Under the pieces are notes generated by a model that was given only the letters and a program-made list of their open reading frames with translations, did no database searches and was not told where the DNA came from. DNA of 64,000 bases, taken from Methanobacteriota archaeon (lineage in GTDB: Archaea; Thermoplasmatota; Poseidoniia; Poseidoniales; Poseidoniaceae). Below, in pieces: positions 47,230-54,220 of the stretch. The stretch spans positions 1,782 through 65,781 of the forward strand of contig JABJMO010000063.1 of assembly GCA_018659375.1 (NCBI GenBank), read 5' to 3'. The number at the start of each line of letters is the position of its first letter. Positions within the stretch are counted from its first letter, which is position 1. The position numbers and the translations under genes are program-made.

Positions 47230-47663
47230 GAAGTCAACTCCGCAACATGTTCAGAAATTTTCGCAAGGTTGGCGTAATCTGGTTCGCCAACAGGCTTTGT
47301 TTTTGGCCACATGGACATCAATGTCAAACCTCCGTCCCCCTTTGTTCTAGGTATTACATGTACATGTACATGAGGTACTTCTTGGCCGGCAAGTGGCCCA
47401 TCATGTATACAGATAGTGAAATCTCGAGTCGAGAATATTTTACCTAACTTTTGTTGCGCGTCTTTTACTCCTGAAAATAATCCTGCTATTTCTTGGTCAC
47501 TAAGTTGTGACAGACGGTTTACTGCCTTGTGAGGTACCACTAGTGTATGCCCTTCCCGTCGTGGGAAAATATCTAGAAAAGCATACCAGTTATTACCGCG
47601 ACCAATCTCATGAGATGGAAGTTCTCCCGACAGGATTTTTTCGAATAATGTTTGGTCGCTCAT
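47226..47663 (-). CDS. HIT-family nucleotide hydrolase/transferase
   Basis: The histidine triad is VPHVHVHVIPR. The N-terminus LFEKILSGELPSHEI is typical of Hint-type proteins. Confidence 0.9.
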   Translation of the reverse strand: MSDQTLFEKILSGELPSHEIGRGNNWYAFLDIFPRREGHTLVVPHKAVNRLSQLSDQEIAGLFSGVKDAQQKLGKIFSTRDFTICIHDGPLAGQEVPHVHVHVIPRTKGDGGLTLMSMWPKTKPVGEPDYANLAKISEHVAELTS

Positions 47664-47694
47664 ACCTATGCTAGTACAACTCAGTTTTTGTTTT

Positions 47695-49314
47695 TCACTG
47701 AGGTGCGAGCACCCAATTGTCTTTCTGGCCCTTCCTTACTGCAAGAGTCCCAATATTGCCTTCATTATCAACGGTAATATGGTGGATTAACTCAGGATTT
47801 TCGTCTTTGAAGTCGGCTCTATTGTGTACTCCACGCGACTCATTTCTAGCCATTGAAGCACGAATTGAACAAGTGAGTAATCTAATACCTGCTTGTATTC
47901 GAGTCTTGGCGACAAAGTTGGTATTTGCAATTAGTGAGGTTTGGTCTAAGTAGATAGACTGCGCTAATTCTGCGGCTTTGGTTAATTCTTCTAAGTAGTT
48001 AGATAATTCTTCGGCGCTGTTGGGGCTTGAAGTGAATTTAGTTGCAACGTCAAGAAGCGTTGAATCAATTGAGCCTATTCTTCTTACAGTCTCAGCAGAT
48101 TCCTCATCTCCTGTTATGTGATGATTGTCAATACAGCGTTGTAATGCTAGGACCAGGTTTTCGGTGTTAGCAAAGGGTTGTGACTTAACCCATTCAGATG
48201 CATGAGCCCCAGCATTGTTCCCGCCAGACAAACTGTCTAGTAGTCTATTTCCTGGAAGTGTTCCAGCTCCATTTAATCCAGAACATGAGGATTCTCCTGC
48301 TGCATAGAGTCCAGTAAACCATCTTGACCAACTTCCAACAACAGCTCTGCCGTGTTCATCTGTTGGAATTCCTCCGATAGTTTGCTCTACTCTATTTTCA
48401 AGCCCTACTGTGAATTTGTCCATGTCAACGCCTGTAGCGCTTTTTACCGTTCTAAAAACTGAGTTCCACCATACTTTGTTGTCTCCCATGTCACGTCCAT
48501 CTAAAACAGCCGGGCCTGCTTCTAATACGGTTTCACAGAGTTCGGCCATTGAATCCGCCGAAAAAGTGTCGCCGGAGGCGTTGCAAAGACTTGCTCCATA
48601 CCCAAGTATTGAAGATGATATGGTTAGTTTTGAGTTTGCCACACCTAACGGAGTTTTAGCAATAAATTCCATGCCCCTCAATGGCATGCCAGCCTGTAAA
48701 GCTAGATCCATTCCAAAACCAATAGCAGTTCCTTGGAAGAGTCCTTCAAAGCCGCCATCGGCAATAATCACTGCCTTTGTTTGTATCGCAACGAATTGTC
48801 CATTTATCATGTCTAGGGTTACCAAACCATCGACTTTTTGATTGGTTTCTACCAGCATTACAGGCAATTGGTCGCTGCGCCTTACCACGCCATATTTCAT
48901 GCATTGTTCTTCCAAAACTTGCTGTATGTCACGAATCGATGCGTCGCCTGCATCTACCAGCCTAGGGCTATTATGCCCTATTCCTTTGTGAGTTGAGGGG
49001 AGCCCCTTAGAGTCTCTACTGAATACAACCCCGGCTTTCTCTAAATGGTTCATTTCGTCTATTGCGCTACTTGTCTTACTGGCAACAATATCTTGGTCAC
49101 ACAGAAAGTATCCAGATTTGATGGTGTCTTCGCGATGCCCTCGGTTGTTCATTTCCTGAATTGATGCCGCGAGTCCATCTAGGGCTGATTTATCGCCACT
49201 GCCCAGAGCAGATGAAGAAATTAGTAGAGTTTTAGCCCCATGTTTGGCGGATTGTGCCGCAGAACGCAGTGCTGCGGGACCATCGCCGATTACAAGAATA
49301 TCCCATGCTTCCAT
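47695..49314 (-). CDS. FAD-dependent flavoprotein of the SdhA/FrdA/NadB family, divergent
   Basis: Motifs are WDILVIGDGPAALRSA (the dinucleotide fold), HREDTIKSGYFLCDQD, AVIIADGGF and ESRGVHNRADF. The canonical SHT, QFHPT and RGEGG motifs are substituted by GDK, IAKTP and ILGYGA. Confidence 0.65.
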   Translation of the reverse strand: MEAWDILVIGDGPAALRSAAQSAKHGAKTLLISSSALGSGDKSALDGLAASIQEMNNRGHREDTIKSGYFLCDQDIVASKTSSAIDEMNHLEKAGVVFSRDSKGLPSTHKGIGHNSPRLVDAGDASIRDIQQVLEEQCMKYGVVRRSDQLPVMLVETNQKVDGLVTLDMINGQFVAIQTKAVIIADGGFEGLFQGTAIGFGMDLALQAGMPLRGMEFIAKTPLGVANSKLTISSSILGYGASLCNASGDTFSADSMAELCETVLEAGPAVLDGRDMGDNKVWWNSVFRTVKSATGVDMDKFTVGLENRVEQTIGGIPTDEHGRAVVGSWSRWFTGLYAAGESSCSGLNGAGTLPGNRLLDSLSGGNNAGAHASEWVKSQPFANTENLVLALQRCIDNHHITGDEESAETVRRIGSIDSTLLDVATKFTSSPNSAEELSNYLEELTKAAELAQSIYLDQTSLIANTNFVAKTRIQAGIRLLTCSIRASMARNESRGVHNRADFKDENPELIHHITVDNEGNIGTLAVRKGQKDNWVLAPQ

Positions 49315-49374
49315 AGTTCATCACCCGGTAATCAATCCGAGGAGTGACTGGGAAATAAGCAAACCGCATGAACC

Positions 49375-49383
49375 AAAAAAAAA
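49375..49383 (-). terminator. Oligo-T tract (T9 on the minus strand) downstream of CDS 49394..50914
   Basis: A9 on the plus strand at 49375-49383 gives T9 on the coding strand, starting 11 nt after the stop codon. Archaeal termination typically uses oligo-T runs. Confidence 0.35.
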
Positions 49384-49393
49384 GTCTCCTTGG

Positions 49394-50914
49394 TTAGGTG
49401 AAAATAGGTACTTCCATTTCGCCGATTTTTCTGGCTTTTTCTAACCTCAGCATACGTTTCCTAAGCACACTTGTTGATGATCTACTCACCTTAGTTGTCA
49501 ATATTTTGGATTCGAGAACTACGCCTTCGTCATCTCTTAGAACAACTTGAATATTGGTCTTGCCGAAAAATTCTCTATTCCAAGCCACATTCATCCATAA
49601 GACAACGCCTTTGTGAAGATATCTTGGCAACCAATCAAGACTGTCTTCCTCTTTTGGTGCTGATAATTTTAGCGCGTTTCTAGGCGGCGGGCAAGCCTTC
49701 AATTCAAATCGGTGAGTTCGAGATAATGGCTCACCATTTGGCACTAAAACCTCAACTCTAACGTTCCGCTTTTCAAACGTTTGATTATTCAAAACAATAA
49801 ACAGGTTTGTTGCACCTCCTACGCAGATATTGTCCAGTGCGACATCCATTCGCCACTTTGCCCTAGAGATTTCGGGCCTGCCGCTAAGTAAGTCAATTTG
49901 CAACCTATCTAGCAGATTAAACGCGCTAGGCTGCCACGCTTTTGCATGAGAAATTAATCTTTGAATCGTGCGCCAATTGAAATCTGTTTCTGAATCATAC
50001 AAGATTGGTTTTAGTTTACCTTTGGTGATAAATGAGGAAAACTCTTTGCCAACTTCCTCTGTGGATAATTCTTTTTGATCGTGTAAATATAGTAAATACA
50101 GCAATCTTTCGAGTGCTTGGCGCTTATCATAACCTGGCATTAAGGCGGCATGAAATTTCTTTTTCCATTCAGCCCAATCGAGTTGTAAATCCGGATCTAG
50201 GTGTGAAGATACTAAATCACTTAGAATACTTCCCAGTTGGGTTTGGTGATGAGTTGGCGCGTGTAACACTAGATTAGGAAATTTATCACCGAGTTGCCTA
50301 ACGTTTAAGTTCGTATACTGGGCATGTAAGGTATAGATAAAACCGGTGATAACTGAAACCATTAATGCCAAATTCCAAGCTACAGAGCCAGATTTAGTTG
50401 CAGTGGCGAGTACAATCATGGAAAATGAAACACCGACTAATACAGTGCTAATCAAATTGTATCTTCTGTGGTCTCTTAGGCCATCTATGATTCGATCAAT
50501 TCCTGGCTGAACTCGTAAAGTATGGCGCTTTCCATCTGAAAAACCACCTTGCTCACGCAAGGAAAGTCTAGCTTGCATTGCATGCCAAGCAGATTCAACA
50601 GCAATAACGTTAGGGAGTATGGCAAATAATGCCGGTATTGGCAAAAATATTACCACCCAATTCAAATCTGAAATCTGTGACGGGAAAAATACCCCCAACA
50701 TGGCGATGAAAGACAGTAATAAACCAATAATTGAACGCCAGTATATCAAAAACCGATTGCGGGCAAAGTTACCTACTAATTTACGACGGTTTTCTAATTG
50801 CTTCCATTGAAACCTAGTCTTTTCTAGTGGATCCTCTATTCTTTCGAAACCATGGCCATATGGATCGGGCAACTCGAGAGCCGACTCGGAATCCTTAGAC
50901 TGTTTCTTGGCCAT
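49394..50914 (-). CDS. Membrane protein (four TM helices) with a large soluble C-terminal region
   Basis: 506 aa, with two hydrophobic hairpins in the first 200 aa. I recognise no family motif. Confidence 0.5.
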   Translation of the reverse strand: MAKKQSKDSESALELPDPYGHGFERIEDPLEKTRFQWKQLENRRKLVGNFARNRFLIYWRSIIGLLLSFIAMLGVFFPSQISDLNWVVIFLPIPALFAILPNVIAVESAWHAMQARLSLREQGGFSDGKRHTLRVQPGIDRIIDGLRDHRRYNLISTVLVGVSFSMIVLATATKSGSVAWNLALMVSVITGFIYTLHAQYTNLNVRQLGDKFPNLVLHAPTHHQTQLGSILSDLVSSHLDPDLQLDWAEWKKKFHAALMPGYDKRQALERLLYLLYLHDQKELSTEEVGKEFSSFITKGKLKPILYDSETDFNWRTIQRLISHAKAWQPSAFNLLDRLQIDLLSGRPEISRAKWRMDVALDNICVGGATNLFIVLNNQTFEKRNVRVEVLVPNGEPLSRTHRFELKACPPPRNALKLSAPKEEDSLDWLPRYLHKGVVLWMNVAWNREFFGKTNIQVVLRDDEGVVLESKILTTKVSRSSTSVLRKRMLRLEKARKIGEMEVPIFT

Positions 50915-50986
50915 GCTACCTAGTCCTGCACACGCTTACATTTTTACTGATTGCCTCATATTATAGGAATGTTGAGCAATTTTGAG

Positions 50987-51060
50987 CGGGCGCGGCAGGA
51001 TTCGAACCCGCGATCTTCGGCTTAGGAGGCCGACGCATTATCCAGCTGTGCTACGCGCCC
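50987..51060 (-). tRNA. tRNA-Arg (anticodon CCU)
   Basis: Folded by hand. Acceptor stem is GGGCGCG/CGCGCCC (7 bp). Anticodon stem is TCGGC/GCCGA with loop CTCCTAA. T arm is GCGGG-TTCGAAT-CCTGC. Discriminator is G and no CCA is encoded. Confidence 0.9.
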
Positions 51061-51097
51061 AACCTTTCCAGTTGAATACTCATGATGAGTATTGCTA

Positions 51098-52255
51098 TTA
51101 ATTTGCTAATTCAGAAATTTGAGCTACGTCTAATAAAAATCGCTCCAATACAATTCTTGGTTGCGAGGTTTTGAAGACTGAAACTTCACATTTAGCCAAA
51201 CTTATCATAATCTCAGAAAGCAACTTATCGCCAACATTCATTCGACCCTCGGTTAACAAGATATGTAGGTGCTTGACTATATCTTCAGCCTCCAGATTTT
51301 GTTTATCCATGATTTGATCTAGTAGGCCCATAGCACCCTTCAGAGACCTCACATTTCTGCCATTAGTCTTTTCCCAACGCCAATCATGTACTTTACCCCG
51401 CATGGCTTCTTCAAGCATAAGTTGAATCTCTCGAATCTTGGTTGAGGCAACTAATTCTTGTAGATTATGGCGATTGTCTAACAAATCTCGTTTTCCCATC
51501 AATTCGAGTATGAATATTGCTTTGCGCAAATTGCCGTTGCTAACGTGCGAGATATCGCCAACAACTCCCCTCGCACAATGCAGTTTTTCCTGTTCAACAA
51601 ATTCTTGTAATTTGGCTTCAATCTGTTTAGATGAATATCTAGAGAAGCGAATGTGTTGAGTTCGGCTTCGTAGTGCCTCAATTAATCGCGAAGGGGTTGT
51701 CGTAGTAAAAATAAATCTCGAGGTTAAACTACTATGTTCCATCATTCTTCTCAAGTATGCTTGGCGTAAATTGCCTAGATAATCTGCGTCCTCAATCACT
51801 ATGATTCTAGATAATTGGATTTTACCATCCCTCTTGGTGTTAAAGGTTTCACCACCCGATGGTGGCCCTGGATCGTTTGGCACATCGGCTAATGATTCGG
51901 TAAAGATGTCTAAACTAGTTAATCCCGCCAAAGAGCTACTTGACCCGCTTGGCCTTAGAAACTCCTCAAATTTTTTCATTGCGCCAGGCATTCTCGAGAG
52001 GTCTTTAGCATTGAGGATATGCGTTGTTGCTTTCCACCCTGGACCCAATAATTGTCTCGCCACTAAGCGCATTGCTGCAGTTTTACCAACGCCACTGGGG
52101 CCTGAAAGAAGTAGGTGCGGAGGGTTAGTTCCTGTTGATGCGGTTTCCAGTGTATCTATGATACTGTCAGTTAATAATAACTCAGAAAATTTAGTCGGGG
52201 CTTTTGACTCTAGCCACGACGTCATAAGACAATTTACCAGACGGCGGTTATTCAA
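51098..52255 (-). CDS. Replication factor C (clamp loader) AAA+ subunit, divergent
   Basis: Motifs are WLESKAPTKFSEL (compare WVEKYRP), Walker A LLLSGPSGVGKTAA, Walker B IIVIEDADYL, and sensor/SRC-like RSRTQHIRF. An insertion of roughly 50 aa sits between Walker A and B. Confidence 0.75.
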   Translation of the reverse strand: MNNRRLVNCLMTSWLESKAPTKFSELLLTDSIIDTLETASTGTNPPHLLLSGPSGVGKTAAMRLVARQLLGPGWKATTHILNAKDLSRMPGAMKKFEEFLRPSGSSSSLAGLTSLDIFTESLADVPNDPGPPSGGETFNTKRDGKIQLSRIIVIEDADYLGNLRQAYLRRMMEHSSLTSRFIFTTTTPSRLIEALRSRTQHIRFSRYSSKQIEAKLQEFVEQEKLHCARGVVGDISHVSNGNLRKAIFILELMGKRDLLDNRHNLQELVASTKIREIQLMLEEAMRGKVHDWRWEKTNGRNVRSLKGAMGLLDQIMDKQNLEAEDIVKHLHILLTEGRMNVGDKLLSEIMISLAKCEVSVFKTSQPRIVLERFLLDVAQISELAN

Positions 52256-52270
52256 TTATCCGCGTTGTCT

Positions 52271-52420
52271 TTACTCGGCTATAAGTTTCTTAGTGCCGGT
52301 TCTACGAAGTTTCATGAAAATTCTTGAACCACACGCTTTGCAACTAATTCCATTACGCTCTCTGTGAAACGATTCTATGCTGCCACATACTGCGCATTTG
52401 TAATCTACTAGTTCAACCAT
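52271..52420 (-). CDS. rpoP: DNA-directed RNA polymerase subunit P (Rpo12/RpoP)
   Basis: A hand-translated 49-aa ORF below the track cutoff: MVELVDYKCAVCGSIESFHRERNGISCKACGSRIFMKLRRTGTKKLIAE. It shows the Y.C..CG...(13-14 aa)...C..CG.RI..K.R zinc-ribbon pattern of archaeal RpoP / eukaryotic Rpb12. Confidence 0.8.
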   Translation of the reverse strand: MVELVDYKCAVCGSIESFHRERNGISCKACGSRIFMKLRRTGTKKLIAE

Positions 52421-52517
52421 AGTACTCAACTCAAGCCACCCGACTAGTCTTCCTTTCTTAACCTGTTTGTCGCGAGTTGGATTTATGCGATGCTAAAAAG
52501 CAGCATTTTGGGAGGTT

Positions 52518-52592
52518 TGGCGCCCACTCCGGGAATTGAACCCGGGTCGCAGGAATGACAATCCTGCATGATAACCTCTACACCAAGCGGGC
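52518..52592 (-). tRNA. tRNA-Asp (anticodon GUC), CCA encoded
   Basis: Folded by hand. Acceptor stem is GCCCGCT/AGTGGGC with one G-U. Anticodon stem is CAGGA/TCCTG with loop TTGTCAT. T arm is CCGGG-TTCAATT-CCCGG. Discriminator G is followed by a genomic CCA. Confidence 0.9.
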
Positions 52593-52620
52593 GTGTTCAT
52601 AGCATCCGGAGCGCAACCGC

Positions 52621-52627
52621 TATTTAA
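52621..52627. promoter_or_regulatory. TATA-like element (TATTTAA / TTAAATA) between divergent tRNA-Asp and CDS 52662
   Basis: It lies 29-35 nt upstream of the tRNA-Asp 5' end at 52592, the expected archaeal TATA position. The same near-palindromic element lies 35-41 nt upstream of the ATG at 52662. Confidence 0.4.
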
Positions 52628-52661
52628 GCCGCGCCATGTGGGTCGAACGGGGAGTAACTAG

Positions 52662-54179
52662 ATGGCGAAGAAAAAAACCTCGGCTGAAATGGCTCGAGAA
52701 CAATCTGAACTTGCTAAAGTAGAAGGTATGCTGGGGGATGCTTTTGGCAGCTTAGGCGGCCTTGAACAATCAACTGACGAAGAGGTTTCAACAGAAACTT
52801 CAAATCCAGCAATGGATAAAACTGAAGGTGATGGTCTTGAAGTTACTGAAACATCAGAAGCAAATGATTCAGAAGCCGAAATGGCAACTCATCCTAATGA
52901 AAATGAGGATTCAGATGAACACCAAGCCTTTGAAGCGCCGCCAAGGCCTCACACCGGGCCGCCATCAGGGCCTCCAAGTGAAGCACCTAGCGGACCGCCA
53001 TCAGGTCCACCATCAGCACCGCCAAGCAAAGGACCGCCATCAGGGCCTCCAAGTGAAGCACCTAGCGGACCGCCATCAGGTCCACCATCAGCACCACCAA
53101 GCAAAGGGCCACCATCAGCACCACCAAGCAAGGTTCCACCATCAAGACCTCCTACTGAGGCGCCCGACGAACCTACTTCTAGTGGGCAAGAAAGCGACTC
53201 TCCGGTTGAGACAGACGAACCAAAAGTGCCTGAACAGGTAGACGAGGATAACAACGGCTCTGAAGAGGACGATTCAAATGAAGTGGCTAATGATGCCAAG
53301 TCCGAACTAGAAGAAGACGTCAACCATAACGAGGAATCTAATGAACGAGATGATGCTGAACCTATGGAGGTTGAAGCAGAAGAAGTACTCGATGAGGAAC
53401 CGACAAGCGGTGAGGAAAATGATAACGCTGAAAGTAAGGGAGATATTCAACAAAAAGAAGCTGAGATTGCAAGACTTGCAGCGGAAGTTGAACGGCTAAG
53501 AAGTTCCATGATTGGAGCTGCTGAAGTAATTGAAGAGTTAGAAAATCCACCCATGCCGCCTATTGTTGAGGAAGATGTGGTAATCGGTGCGCATACTGTT
53601 GCTGACATAGCTCGAATGGCTAGACAATTAGATCGTGATGAACTAGTTAGAGCCTCAATGGGCGCAATTGCAATGCTCCACCCTGAAAGCCCTGAAGTTT
53701 TAATCTCGACAAAGCACAGCGCAATGTTACCGAGGATGAACGAGAAAGACATCTGTGCGGGTAAATTAGGTGGAAAGGCCCCAAGAGGGGCTCCAGAAGA
53801 TTGGCGAGTCCTAGAAGTGCTGCTTGCATCTGCTAGTTTGGTAACTGGCGGCCCTGCAGCAGTAATTCATGCTCATGGACCTTACACAACAGCGGTAAGT
53901 TGTGAGCAAGATTTAGTCCTAATGCAGCCAATCGACGAGATTGGCAAGGAGCAAATTGGCAAAATTATCATTGTTGACCCAGACTCCGAAAACCCTGAAG
54001 AATTCCTTCGTCAAGTCGCTGAGGCTTTGCAGCAAGGCGGAATGAGATGCGTTGTGGTTAGAGGTAAAGGATCTTATGCAGTGGGAGCAGATTTGGATCA
54101 AGCATGGGCAAATGCCGCAATGCTGGAACATAGTATGAAGATTGTAATGCTAGCCAGGCAAGCTAATCTCAAAGTATGA
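52662..54179 (+). CDS. Disordered acidic/proline-rich N-terminal region + coiled coil + class II aldolase/adducin-head-like C-terminal domain
   Basis: The N-terminal 290 aa or so are low-complexity (E/D-rich runs plus PPSGPPSEAPSGPPSGPPSAPPSKG repeats). A helical segment QQKEAEIARLAAEVERLRS follows. The C-terminal domain has VLISTKHS...AAVIHAHGPYTTAVS...CVVVRGKGSYAVGADLDQAW, collinear with the FucA/AraD-type fold. Confidence 0.6.
   Translation: MAKKKTSAEMAREQSELAKVEGMLGDAFGSLGGLEQSTDEEVSTETSNPAMDKTEGDGLEVTETSEANDSEAEMATHPNENEDSDEHQAFEAPPRPHTGPPSGPPSEAPSGPPSGPPSAPPSKGPPSGPPSEAPSGPPSGPPSAPPSKGPPSAPPSKVPPSRPPTEAPDEPTSSGQESDSPVETDEPKVPEQVDEDNNGSEEDDSNEVANDAKSELEEDVNHNEESNERDDAEPMEVEAEEVLDEEPTSGEENDNAESKGDIQQKEAEIARLAAEVERLRSSMIGAAEVIEELENPPMPPIVEEDVVIGAHTVADIARMARQLDRDELVRASMGAIAMLHPESPEVLISTKHSAMLPRMNEKDICAGKLGGKAPRGAPEDWRVLEVLLASASLVTGGPAAVIHAHGPYTTAVSCEQDLVLMQPIDEIGKEQIGKIIIVDPDSENPEEFLRQVAEALQQGGMRCVVVRGKGSYAVGADLDQAWANAAMLEHSMKIVMLARQANLKV
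52959..53108 (+). repeat. Direct tandem duplication, 2 x 75 bp (73/75 identical), in frame
   Basis: Copy 1 is 52959-53033 and copy 2 is 53034-53108; my letter-by-letter comparison found two mismatches. A partial third unit of 25 nt follows at 53109-53133. Each unit encodes PPSGPPSEAPSGPPSGPPSAPPSKG. Confidence 0.9.
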
Positions 54180-54220
54180 CTGAAACAGGAATTGATAAAC
54201 GCTGTTAAGAATCATAATTC

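Noticed and set aside
51801-52367. A 188-aa plus-strand ORF spanning the 5' part of RFC and the rpoP region.
   Set aside because: It is antisense to two genes with strong family motifs (RFC Walker A/B and the RpoP zinc ribbon). Its own translation has no motifs.
50987-52592. The tRNA cluster, considered as a possible integration hotspot or genomic-island boundary.
   Set aside because: I saw no integrase, no transposase and no duplicated tRNA 3'-end (att-like) sequence in the flanks. The neighbouring genes are core informational genes (RFC, RpoP).
52762-53323. Long alternative-frame ORFs (52762..53241 + and 52949..53323 -) across the Pro-rich repeat.
   Set aside because: These are artefacts of the GC-rich, stop-poor tandem repeat. 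The translations are His/Gln-rich or Gly/Ser-rich runs. The 52662 frame continues into a recognisable aldolase-fold domain.
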